Shown piece by piece: positions 1 to 12,290 of a stretch of 64,000 bases of DNA (position 1 is the first letter of the stretch; each line of letters opens with the position of its first letter). This DNA comes from Harriotta raleighana (lineage: Eukaryota). Made by a program: the position numbers and the translations under genes. Location: the NCBI GenBank assembly GCA_050575255.1, contig JBNZDD010013715.1:5583603-5647602 (forward strand), read 5' to 3'. Below the pieces are notes generated by a model. It saw nothing but the letters and a program-made list of their open reading frames with translations. It had not been told where the DNA came from and made no database searches.

Positions 1-674
1 AATCAATTGAATAAATGTCCAGTTCATAACGGATTCATAGTGGAATTTTTAAATTAAAGAATCCAATCTCAAGATTCCTTATGGGAATTAGAAGTATCTC
101 ATGGTTGTCAACCTGATTTGAGGAACTTCTGCGTGGAAATAGATAGAGCTAAAAGACACTAAACCAACCTTTTGAATAATTGACGTCTTAATTAATAAAT
201 CACACGAAATTGACCTTATAGCCTACTGATTCTTAAAGTGTTTATTTTATTTTTATTTTTCCCTACTTTGGCCCCAATGTACCATCCCCTGCTGAGTGGG
301 CGCTAGCTTACTAGTCAGAGGATTCTGCCAATACTGTCTATATCCTGTTGCTAGGAATATTATGTGAGAACAAACTGATTCTCTCGTCCTTGCTTGGCAG
401 AAACATATGGTCTGCACTCAGCATCTTACTATAATAAGAAGATCAGGTGTTCACCATGTGAGGAACTAAGAATGTGAATCCATCCTTCACAAAGAATATT
501 GCAGCACCAGCATGATAAATTTCTAAAAGCTTTCCATTTCCTGTCACATTATTAATACTGTACTAGTTTTCTCTCTTACTTTACTTATTTTACTCCTGAA
601 GATTCTTCTCTTCTTCTGTTGTACGGTTTCCTGTGACTGGGGCTCATTAAAACCAAACTATGCATGTTGATATT

Positions 675-1320
675 AATGCTTGCTTTTGATATAGCGCTTC
701 AAGACATCATTTAGATATCTAAAAGCACAGGAATTATTGTGTAGTTTAGACCAACATAACAGCTAAGTTACACATGACATTATCCCACAAACAGCCATAA
801 AAGTGAGTCAATTTTCATAGAATCATAGAATCTTATAGCATAGAAGGAAGCCATGTGGCCCATCATGCCGGCTCTTTGAAAGAGCTATCCAACTAGTCCT
901 ACTCTTACCCGATATCCGTGGAATTTTTTTTCCTTTTTAAATACCTATCCAATTGCCTTTAAAAGCTATTATCATATCTGCTTCCAGCACCCTTTCCGGC
1001 AGTGCATTCCAGACCATAACAACTCTTTGGGTATACATTCTCCTTGTCTCACTTCTGGTTTGTTTGCTAATTATCTTAAATCTGTGTCCTATTTTTATCT
1101 GGGGCATTGTTGATCAAGAGATTGAGAGAAACTCTCTTCTTCACTGTCCACATGAACAAGCGTTCGGGAGCTCGGTTCAACTCTTCATTTGATAGATGCC
1201 ACCTCCAACAATGTAGTACATCCCGAGTACTGTAATGGAGTGTCAGTCTGGACTGTGAGTTTGAATTCCTGATCTGAGGCTTGAATCCACAACCAAGAAG
1301 CAAGAGTGAGTTGACTGATG
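675..1320 (-). mobile_element. Old Deu-domain tRNA-SINE (SacSINE1/AmnSINE1-like), interrupted by a CR1 3' fragment
   Basis: The minus strand reads degenerate tRNA head, GACTGACACTCCATTACAGTAC, GGAGGTGGCATCTATC, then GCTGTTTGTGGGAT and an L2-type tail; 816-1090 is a CR1 insert. Confidence 0.6.
816..1090 (-). mobile_element. CR1 LINE 3' end
   Basis: The (CATAGAAT)2 terminal repeat is the reverse complement of CR1 (ATTCTATG)n; followed by GAAGGAAGCCATGTGGCCC and GCAGTGCATTCCAGACC, matching the CR1 end at 60950-61180. Confidence 0.75.
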
Positions 1321-2353
1321 CAAATTTTGATACGTCTAAATGAGGTGATTGACCAGTATTAATAGATGGACCTATGGATATTTTATATTGATGTATCTGA
1401 GAGCTGGCCTCAGGCGGACAAGAAGGGCACTACATCAAACGCCAGATTATTAGAATATTATTATCCAGGTTTAAAGGCAAATTTACCCTCTGAGAAAAGA
1501 AAAGGATTTATTTGAATTTAATCACACACATTGTAATTAGAAACATTGCTCCAGAGAGAAAAATGTTTTCATATGCGGTCTGCTCAACACATTAATGATA
1601 ATGGCACCATTTTACATTGCATAGTAGTAGAGGAAAGATTACAGCGTTTATTGTTTTTATGAGGATCTCTATAATGGAGCCTTTCAGTATATTCTGCCTC
1701 CTTACTGACAGCCTCATTATGAAGATCTGCAGTGTATCTGGATAATAATCGTGGCATTGATTTTGGGGAAGTGCTCAAACAGAATCTGCAGGGAGCGTGG
1801 AATTTAAATGTGGTAAATTAATGACTGCACTCAAGTTGCTCCTCAATCTGAACCTTGAAGCAGTTTGAAAACACTGCAGTTATGTGATAGCAATGGGCTG
1901 ATCTCCTTCCAGAAATGAGAATAGTGGAAAGAAAGACTACGAGACATTCATAATAACTTGACCAAGCATTTAATCAGCTTCCAAGGAAGCCCGTGACAAC
2001 AAATGGATAGCATGTTATGAGGCGCAAATAAAGAAATCAATGCACAATGGTGCGTATTGTAAAGAATATAATTGAGAAACTTCTTATGCACACTTGTGAG
2101 GACTTTGATTCAGTGTAAATTCATAAGACCAAGATGGCAAGTTGGGAAGGAAATGGAGAGACAGTTCTCATCCAAAATCAAAAACATTTGATACCAAACA
2201 GGTCTTAGAAGAGCAAGATCGAGGAATGAGAGGAACCAACTCAGGAATTCTGGATGTTTTTTGCCATTTTTCAGGCTGGGAGGCTCCAGTTCAAATCCCC
2301 TGCCTGCAACTATATGGCAGGGGTGGACGGGAGAGGAGTGTGTGCAAGCGAGG

Positions 2354-2565
2354 TAATAATAATAACCATAATAACAACGCTTGCATTTAATATAGCGTCT
2401 CATCACGTCTTCAAGACGTCTCAAAGCACTTCATGGAATACTGTAAAATGAATTAACTATATACAGTATTGTGGGCAAAACGTGGCAGCCAATTGTGCAC
2501 AGCAGTGTCCCACAGACAGTCGTGGATTGAAGTGACCAATTTATTATTGTGTTATTATTATATTA
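2354..2565 (-). mobile_element. Young SINE, headless 3' half (Deu segment plus L2-like tail)
   Basis: Close reverse-complement match to the 3' half of the full copy at 26355-26692. Confidence 0.8.
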
Positions 2566-3534
2566 TTTATGGATAGAGACCAACAGGCTCAGGAGTGAGG
2601 TTAGTGCAGGAGCGGTTGCAATGCAATGCCAGCGATAATGGGGAGCCAGCTTAGTGTGGGAGTGTTGACCAGGCCAGGCCAGGCTGGGGGAATGAGTACC
2701 TTAGAAACAAATGGTGGCACATGGAGTTGGGATGAAGATCAAGGAGGCCAGGAGCAAGGTTATTGCAGCATTTCAAAGTTAAATTGCCAAAGGGGATGTC
2801 TCAGGCTGGTCTGTACAGATATGGAATAAAGGTACGAGTTGGACATGGATACCCTAGCAGGGGTTGCTGGTGTTGCATAGTGGTTTGTCGTGGAAGGTTT
2901 AAATACTGGATGTTTTGGTGCTTTCATTAAGGATAGAGACCAATGGGGCCAGGAATGAGATTGGCTCAGGAGTGATACTTTGGATATGTGCACAGGTATA
3001 TGTTTCTTCTATGCATTTCTCAGTGAACCAGGTTGTGCATTCATAATAAAATAATGCTCATAATAATCCTTGCATTTTGTATAGCATTTGTCCACTGGCT
3101 CACAGTGGGATTGTTGCTTCACTCTGTGTATCTGGCATAATATTATCATTAACAAGAGTTTGCTAAAAACTATGTACGTGGATAACCTGAGAGCATGCAG
3201 TCAAGAACACACTGGCCCAGCAACACTATTGAGCTTAATCTAGATTGACATCTAAAACATGTTGAAACGTCCTTCCAGTCTGAAAAGCTCTATATAAATA
3301 TAAATTGTATTGTATAATCCTCCTTAAGTGGATAACTGGAGCTGCAGCTAAACACTGAAATAACAGCTTTACTGCTGTCGTGCAGAGTGCACCCACTGAA
3401 CAACTCATGGTACCTGCTACTGAACAGCAGGAGCGACAGGCAAACTGAAGTGAATGGTAGAAGAGAGCAATTTTAATGTATTGGCCAGTGAATGTTTAAT
3501 TATTTACCAAATTATTTTCAATTATTTTTAATTG

Positions 3535-3875
3535 CTAGCTATGCCTATTTACCTAGCAGTAAGTTGCAAGCCGGTTGTTAGTTCATTGTTGGATTGTTTG
3601 CCAGGGTAATAAGCTCTCAAAAATATAAATTTGCTGAATCCTGTAGCTCAATGGTTAGAGCATTCATCTTACAAGTGAGAGACCTGGGTTCGATTCCAGG
3701 CAGGACAAAATCTTGGGCAAGTTTCCTTACTCCACATGCCTAATAATAATCCCTCAAGAAAAAAAAAAAAATTGGTCACTTCAATCCATGAATATACAGT
3801 CAATTAACTTTACAGTGTATTCTGTGAAGTGTTTTGAGATGTCTAAAAGATGTAAAATTATTATTATTATTATTT
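3535..3875 (+). mobile_element. Long-form SINE central fragment (3535-3630) followed by a short-form SINE with an internal deletion (3636-3875)
   Basis: CCTATTTACCTAGCAGTAAG module, then tRNA head CCTGTAGCTCAATGGTTAGAGC...GGGTTCGATTCC and an (ATT)n tail. Confidence 0.75.
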
Positions 3876-4104
3876 TCTGGTTTAGATTATTCAGGAGTAT
3901 GGATTGCTCAGATATGTTGTTGTGCTAAAATATTCCTAGCCCATGTGCTCTGAGAGTATAGGGCTTTTAGGAACAAGCCTTGCTATTATTAATACCACAC
4001 AATTACTCTATTCAATGGGTGGCTACCAGAGACTATTGTATTCTTTTTAATAAAAGATGCTTGCAGATTCACACACACCATAACTGTGCACTTGATATCC
4101 TTGC

Positions 4105-4530
4105 ATTTGTGTCAGCTTGACTCACGTCTGGTTCAAGTTTATCATTGGATCTTGAACTCAATAGGCTAAGATGACACTCAATAGGCATGAGGGGGAGATG
4201 GAGGAGGAGTAGTGTTGCATTGCTGGAGATGCCATCCATTGGATGAGATGTTAAAATGAGGTCCCATCTGCCTGTTCAGGTGGACACTGAAGCTCTCATG
4301 GCATTACTTGAGAAGAGAAAGAAGTTTCTCCCAATGTCTATGACAAAAATGCCTCAAATAAAATTGGTATTTGTTTCATTTCTGTTTGTGTGACACTGCT
4401 GTGCGCAATTGTGCTGTCGCATTTATGTACACATACACAGTCACTCCATTTCACAGTAAAATCCTGTAAAGCACTTTGAGATGTCCTTCCAAAGTGATAA
4501 GTTATTAAAGCAAATGTGAAGATTATTATC
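4105..4530 (+). mobile_element. Old Deu-domain SINE
   Basis: GTGTCAGCTTGACTCA head, GGATGAGATGTTAAAATGAGG...CAGGTGGAC core, CTGCTGTGCGCAATTG and an L2-like tail. Confidence 0.65.
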
Positions 4531-4689
4531 AATATAGTACCTTATCATGTTGCGGAGACATCTCAAAGTGTTTCACAGGATTTACTGTAAGTTATATGAC
4601 TGTGCATTTTGTAAACACGATTACAATGGTATTTGTATCCTGGACAATGATACATAAAGAGCAATCCACTAGCATCTGTGGCTAGATGT

Positions 4690-4935
4690 CTCAAAGCGCT
4701 TCACAGAATATACTGTAAAGTGAATTAACTGTATATTTTGTGGGCGAAACACAGCAGCCAATTGCGCTCAGCAGTGTCCCACAAACAGTCATGGACTGAA
4801 GTGACCAATTAATAATTGTTTTTTTTGAGGGATTATTATCAGGCATGTGGAGTAAGGAAACTTGCTTTCACCCTGACCTGGGATTGAACCACCACTTGTA
4901 AAATGAGTGCTCTAACCACTGAGCTACAGGTCTCC
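4690..4935 (-). mobile_element. Young short-form tRNA-SINE
   Basis: Reverse complement of the 49181-49493 family, including the A box (GTGCTCTAACCACTGAGCTACAGG on +). Confidence 0.8.
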
Positions 4936-5240
4936 AACACCCCCACACTCCTCCCCCACCTCGCTCCCCGACTTCCACCCCCTGTTACACTCTCTGAGAT
5001 CTGAGATGCTGCTGACTCCGCCTGGAGCAGCAAGTGTGAGCTGTGAGTTCCGACCATAAAAAACTTCAGTAAACAAAAACTGCAGAAAATCAAGATTGTG
5101 TTGGGAAAAAAAACTCAGTGTTAAAAATAGAAATAATGCATATTGTTATTAAAAGATGTGCACTTTCCATAAACAATGAATCCTGCCTTGGGGGATCTTA
5201 ACATGGTGACACAGGTGAAGCTCGGATGAAAATAGTATTA

Positions 5241-5633
5241 CAATAAAAGTCTGTTTATCTGTGACCCAATCAACCGTAACCGCCGTATAACCGGCATCTC
5301 AAAAAAAAGGCACAATCACGGTGGCGCATTTTTTTGCCCTCGTATCAGTATTTCGGAATGCTATTAGTAGTGCTATTAAAGTGGCCTTGCCATTTTTTTC
5401 CCTCGCGACACGTCCGCCATTGTAGAGTTATCGATAGACTGTACACCTCTGCCCCAACATCATGGCTTCAAACCAGGCATCTACTAGCAAAGGTGATTTT
5501 TAGGTAAATAACAAAGGTTATTATCTGTTATAATTTAGTCTGTTATTAATATGGTATGTGTTAAAATAAGTTTTTTTTTGTGTTGGGTTTTTGGCGTTGG
5601 ATATTCGACTGAATATCCGGTATCCTTTTACTG
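5241..5633 (+). mobile_element. Tigger/pogo-like non-autonomous DNA transposon remnant (MITE-sized)
   Basis: TA|CAATAAAAG at left and CTTTTACTG at right (imperfect inverted termini); Tigger-style subterminal TTATCTG..CAATCAACCG..ATAACCGGCA; CpG-rich interior; right target TA not intact. Confidence 0.4.
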
Positions 5634-6029
5634 CATTTCAACAACAGACATTCTTGAAACATTCCTAAGATTTTAATGCAGCTGATATAATTGTTATTTA
5701 AACAACTACCATTAACCATACCTGGAAAGTACTGAATAGTAAATTCAGCATCAGATAATGTGAGAAATCTCTCAATTTAAAAAAAATTACATTGTATATC
5801 GCCTTTCACTTTTTATTTTAAGAAGTTAACTAGAAACATTTGGAACAATGGACCTTGTCACCATGGATATAGCAAAATAAGGTCATACTTAATTAACCTT
5901 TGAATGTTTTTCAATGTTATTACTGATGCTGGGGAAGCATAATTAAGTTATTATATACTGAAATTATTATATATTATTTTCAGAGAGCCTTTGACTAGGC
6001 TGCACATGAATGATGGATGATGAAGGAGT

Positions 6030-6310
6030 AATGGAATAGTGGGTGGAAAATTGTTTAAAACTACTAGACATAAATGAAAAATATTCAAACTTGAATAATT
6101 TACATGGAGGGTACCCTAGGGGCTGGTTTTGGAACCCTGGCTACTAATAATAAACACACTTGAATGACTTGGTTTAGAATATCAAAAGATTTTATATCCC
6201 AAATATACAGATATCAAAATGCAAAGCTGAATAAATAATGACAAATAATGCAATTGTATTTAGCAGGATTTGGATTTTTTAGAGAATGGGTTACGATGGT
6301 GTCAAATGCA
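6030..6310 (+). mobile_element. Highly degenerate CR1 reverse-transcriptase fragment
   Basis: GGGTACCCTAGGGGCTGGTTTTGGAACCCTG is a GVPQGSVLGP relic; downstream spacing to the W..WQM region is colinear with 60158-60427. Confidence 0.5.
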
Positions 6311-8734
6311 ACAACAACAAACAATAACAAGTTTATTTCTATAGTGCCTTTCACATCGGAAGGATATCCCAAGGTGCAGGTATGTGGATAAGTATAGAAT
6401 AATCAGTATGGGGATGAGAAACCAAAAGCAACAAACAATAACAAGTTTATTTCTATAGTGCCTTTCACATCGGAAGGATATCCCAAGGTGCAGGTATGTG
6501 GATAAGTATAGAATAATCAGTATGGGGATGAGAAACCAAAANCAAAAGATTTTATATCCCAAATATACAGATATCAAAATGCAAAGCTGAATAAATAATG
6601 ACAAATAATGCAATTGTATTTTTAGAGAATGGGTTACGATGGTGTCAAATGCAACAACAACAAACAATAACAAGTTTATTTCTATAGTGCCTTTCACATC
6701 GGAAGGACATCCCAAGGTGCAGGTATGTGGATAAGTATAGAATAATCAGTATGGGGATGAGAAACCAAAAGGGGGGCGACATTTAAATGGCGTGGAAGAG
6801 GGACAACTCTTAACTGTTAATAAGTTGCTAACAAGCCCACCAACATCAATAAATGTCAAGAAATGCCTATGATGATTTCCAAAAGTCACAAAGTGCAAAA
6901 GTAACAGTNGGGGGGCGACATTTAAATGGCGTGGAAGAGGGACAACTCTTAACTGTTAATAAGTTGCTAACAAGCCCACCAACATCAATACTACATCAAA
7001 TTTACAATGCACTAATTGAAAACTGTCAAGAAATGCCTATGACGATTTCCAAAAGTCACAAAGTGCAAAAGTAACAGCGGGACAGTAAATACAACAACAA
7101 TAATAACAACTAAATTATATTTGTAAAGCACCATTCACCTCAGGATGATGTGCAAAGGAGCGATCATTCCATGACTTTCTGTTTCACTCTAGAGTTTTTT
7201 GAACATTTAGATTATTGTTTAGAAATCAACAATTCCAATCCAACTGCTCAAGGCAACAGAAGTGACTCAAATCAGCCCATTCCATCCATATTTATGATAT
7301 AAAAAAGTGTGTCTCATTGTGTAAATAATCTAATAATAATTCTTATATTGGTATAGCATGTCAGGAGGACACCTCAAAGCACTTCACAGGATCTGGTTTA
7401 AAGTGTAGTAACTGTATTTTTATTTACAACACAGCAGGCCGATTTGTGTACAGCAATGTCACCAATTTTATCTGTTATTGACAAGGACTCTGAGGAAAAT
7501 TCCCTTCACTTTTCAAATAGTGCCATGGGATCTTGAACATTTATCTAAATAGGCAAGTTATTCCTCATTTTAAAGACTTATCAGCAAATTAGCAATTTTA
7601 GGAAAACCATGCAGGGTTGATAGTATCATAGAAGCTTTCTTTTTAATAGTTCAATCAAACTCACCAAAATTCACATGATTGTTGAGCTAAGAGTAGCCTC
7701 ATGCTAATAAGCTACTTTTTTTTTACATCCATATTGCTAAAATAAATTTGTTCATATACGTATTATCAATTACTTAGTATTTATGGAAAAAAGCAGTTAA
7801 TCAGATGTGCTTTATTTTCTATTACACGTAGGTGTATTTCAAAATGGTGCATGGATTACAAACAGTGTTCAATCCACAATTATAGATATGTCATTTCCCA
7901 ACAAAACTATTTTAGTAAGGGTGTTTCTTCTACTTTTACCCACTGTGTGGTTGCAAAGTATTCAAGACACCCACGTAGTGTATCATTATATGTTTGAGTC
8001 ATCTGTTTAGGCAAGCAGGAAACCAGTGATCTCAGTCAAAAATCAAAGCAAATGTGATCAATGACATTTAAGTGTACATATACTGAACATTAATTAATGG
8101 ACCCTTACACATATATATACAGAGAGGGTCCATATATGACAGAATTGGTTTCTATTCAAAACAAACTATTCACCCCCCAAACACACTTAAAAGAATCTCT
8201 GTGGTGGAAACTCAACACTTCATTCTTAGTTATGTAACATTTCAGAGCATCCAGAAATTGGTGCATACTTAAATTCAGCCTTTCGTTTGAAGCCATTTTT
8301 CTGTAATCTCTTTGAAGATCGAGAAAAAATATCACTTTAAAGTTAAGACTGAATTCAATAATATGTCAAGATTTTGACGCTCTGAAGCATTGCATAGATA
8401 AAATAAATCTAGAATTGGTCTGGTGGAATTTCTCCTCCTCAGTTGGCAAAGAACATATCAGCCCAGAGAAAAAAATAGCTACAGTCATAGACTTAAGGAC
8501 TAGTTTCTGAAAGCATTCGAAACTCCTAACTATTTTCCAAAAATAAATAGCTATTCTGTCACAGCACAATATTGGTGATATCTATCCACACTGGAGTCCT
8601 CTAGCGCATTGGTTAGGGTATTTGCCTCACTAAGGGAGAGGACCAGTGCTTATTCCACACACTTCTGTCTTCCTCATAGTAAGGAGGAACCCAGTTGTTA
8701 GTAACTTGGCGGATCACTTTCAGGGGCATATTAT

Positions 8735-9022
8735 AATATTGTTGAGATATCTCAAAGTGTTTCACAGAATATATTGCAAAGTGGATTGACTGTATATTTT
8801 GTGGGAGACATATGGCAACCAATTGCACACAGCAGTGTCCTAGCAGTGTTGTGGGTTGAGTGACCACAATTTTTTGGATTCAATCAATTAACAACCCAGT
8901 TCCTACTCAGTAAACAGAGGCATGTGGAGTAAGAAAACTTGCCTCAGGTTTTGTCCTGCCCAGGAATCAAACCCGGGTCCTCTCGCTTGCAAGGTGACTG
9001 CGAACCACTTTGCTATGGGATT
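8735..9022 (-). mobile_element. tRNA-SINE, long-form-related copy
   Basis: Head, TTTCTTACTCCACATGCCTCTGTTTAC..AGTAGGAACTGGGTTG module, Deu segment and tail on the minus strand. Confidence 0.7.
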
Positions 9023-9977
9023 CCTGAAAAGAGACTGATAGGCCCTAATCACAGCTGTTTTGAGACATCACATTTAATTTCATAATGCTTCAATTAAGTA
9101 ATCAGTATGAGACGTATAATGACATATCCAGTATGCTGCCTGACGTTAGTTCAAAGAACTCAACAGCACAGAGAAAAATGCAACAAAAGAAAAGATGCTA
9201 GAATGAAGATAAGATAGTGAGTTAGTGGTGAAATCCTTTTTTTTATCAGGTACCACAATTTATTATAATTGGTTTTTGTGCGTGAGAAACGTGCTCAACA
9301 CTCTAGGTATATTTTTTATTGTCACTGAACTTTATCATTATTAAAGGTTCAAACAGTAGAGCAGCAACTAAGTGACACATTTTTAATTGAAACAGTTTGT
9401 AATCATAACAGATGAATTGTATAGGATTTATATGGGACCATAAAAGACCATTGGTCCTAATGTAAAAAACAAAAAAAAATAGAAATAACTCTAATTAAAG
9501 TCAGAATACATGGTTGTTTAAATATGAAAAATATATGTATCAGTGTACGTATGTAAATGTACCCACAAATGTCTCATAAAATTGTTGGGAGAAATATTAA
9601 CTTGTTAGCATTGTTTATTTCTCTAAAAATCAAGCAGGTGTTTGAAAGGTTTCACAGTTTCATCCAAATTCAAAATATTAATTATCTACAAACCTGTTAT
9701 TCTTTGAGCAATGAGTGCTACACTCTTATTCTTCACCGTGGAGGACACAAGCTCTTATTTTGATTGTAATTGAATGTTCTGCAACAGTTTGAACTAGCAG
9801 GTTATGCTAGGTCTCACAAATGCATCACATTCAAATGTTCTCCAATGGGGTAAAAATCAGGTGGCTTTTCTATAAAACAGGAAAAAAGTACAGTATTTTT
9901 GACAAACATGAAATGAAATTGCCTGACATTCTTAAATGCCAAATGTGATTTCAATGGGAGAAATGAAGAATATTATC

Positions 9978-10482
9978 ATAAGAAATAGGAACAGAGTAGG
10001 CTGTTCAGCCCTTCAAGCCTGTTTTGCCATTTTATTAGATCATGGCTGACCTGTATCTCAACTAATTCTTTCAATTCTAATTTTCCGCTTTTGCCCCATA
10101 TCCCTTGATACCCTGACCTACTAAAAATCTATCAACTTCACTCTTGAAGGGTCAGGCCTCCTCCTTGTTCCCCAAATTCTTCACTCCATGATCGGTGGCC
10201 ATTACTCCCCAAAACTTTGGAACTCCCTCCCTTAATCCCTTCATTGCGCCACGTCCTTTCCCATCTTCAGGTCCTGCCTGAAGAACTTTCTCTTCGACCA
10301 CGCTTCTGATCAACTTCCCCTTCCCCTGACTCGGCCTTGGGTTCCGCCACTGTGAAGCGCTCTGAGACATTGCCCAGTGTGGAGAGCACTATATAAATAC
10401 AAGTTGTTGTTGTTGATGATGATGATGGATCCAGCATCCATGGCCTTTTGGGGGAGAGAATTCCATATTTCTATCATCCTGT
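9978..10482 (-). mobile_element. CR1 3' end (minus) interrupted by a plus-strand L2 3' fragment (10152-10425)
   Basis: CATAAGAAATAGGAACAGAGTAGG CR1 tail; translation EIWNSLPQKAMDAGS resumes at 10428-10482; the insert ends in an L2 tail with (TTG)n. Confidence 0.7.
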
Positions 10483-11384
10483 GAATGCCATTATCCAATG
10501 AGCTCTGAGACGCCACCCAGGCTGGAGGGCGCTATACAAATCCAAGTTGTTGTTGTTGACAGCTAATTACTGTCAGGTGGGGAAGGGAGGTGATACATGC
10601 AAAAATTGAGTTACACGAGACTGCAGAAGTTAGTGGATCCCCATTGGAGGTTTTTGAATATTCTGAGCTGTTTTCACAATACAGCAGAACCAGTATGAGT
10701 GGCTGATGTGTCAGTAAACAGAGGGCATAAATTGAAGATAATTGTCAAAAGAGCCCAGAGAGAATATAATAGGATTTTATGACAGAAAACATGAGTTTGC
10801 TTTTCTGAAACTACAATTGAGGCAGAATCCATATTAGCTTTGAAGTGGAAATTAGATTTTTGGGGTTCACTCAGGTGTCTAACACATGTGGAAATCATTT
10901 GCTTGGTCCAAGATGATCTCTTGACATATTTTGTAATGTTGAAACCAAATATGGCTGCTAAATTAGTAATGTTAATTGTCTGTACAAAGACAACAGACTT
11001 AGATAATAAATTTGGCCCCCGTGACATGCTTAGAACCATAGAAATATATGGCAGAGAGGGCCATTCAGCCTATCTGGTCTGTGCCAGCTCCTTCAACAGC
11101 AATCCCATTCTTCTGCCTTTTCCCCATGCACTTGTAGCTGATTCATTTTAAGGGATTTGTCTGGATCCCTTTTGAAAGCTTGTCCTGGTTCAGGTAAAGG
11201 GTGTTGGAAGATTGGGAATAAATCCACTTACCCACTTTGCGCACTCAGTGTTACAATCAAGCACTCATAACAAGTACATATACTGCACAAAATAGCTATC
11301 ACTGAAGTTTCCCTCTATTCTCTTCCAATGATTATGTGGTGCTTTAATCCCCACCAGAGTGCAGTGCACTATATCACTGCAAAT

Positions 11385-12290
11385 ACAACAACAATAATTT
11401 TGATTTATATAGTGTCCTCCACGCTGGACGGTGTCTCAGAGCCCTTCACAGTAACGGATCCTGGACCTAACAGGGGAGGGGAAAAAGGTGACTGAAGGCA
11501 TGGTCGAAAAGAAAGGCCTTCAGCTGAGTCCTGAAAATAGGAAGAGAGGGGGCGAGGCAAAGGGAGTGAGGAAGGCAGTTCCAGAGTTTCAGGGTGTAGT
11601 GGCTGAAGGCATGGCCGCCGATAGTTGAGTGGAGGATTCGGGGGACAAGGAGGAGACCAGAACCGGAGGAGCGAAAGCAACAGGTGCTGTGTTGTGGAGA
11701 GAGGAGGTCAGAGAAGTAGGGGGTTGCAGAGGAGTCGAGAGACTTGAAAACAAGAGTGAGGATCTTGAAATTGATCCTCTCCAGGACGGAGCCAGTGAAA
11801 TCTGACATGGACTGTGGCAATCGGGGAGCGAAGTTTGGGGGGCAGAGTTCTGAATGAGTTAGATTTAATAGATTGCAGTGGAGGGGAGACCAGCGGGGAG
11901 TGCATTTGTGTAGTCCAGCCGAGAGGTGACAAGGGCATGGACCAGAGTATCAGCAGCTTTTGGGGCAAAGTATTGCTAGAGACGGGCAATACGTCGCAGG
12001 TGTAAAAAAGCAGTGCTGGTGAGGGACCGGATGTGGGGGAGGAAGGACAGTTGGGGGTCGAACTTGATGCCAAGGTTGTGTACTGGTTCAGAGAGTTTCA
12101 GTTGAGTAGGTGAGAGCCGTGTGACTGAAGACGATGACGAGAGCCAAAGAGTATGGCTTCCATCTTGTCAACATTCAGTTGCAGGAAATTCGCGCTCATC
12201 CAGCTCCTGATGTCCGACAGGCAGGCTGACAAAACATCAGGGGACTTGGAGTCGCAAAGTGAGGTGGAAAAATAAAGTTGGGAAATACAT
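11385..12290 (-). mobile_element. L2 LINE 3' region, frameshifted
   Basis: Translations DIRSWMSANFLQLNVDKMEAILFG, RINFKILTLVFKSL and LWNCLP..FRTQLKAFLF are typical of the L2 ORF2 C-terminus; (TTG)n tail near 11390. Confidence 0.85.
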
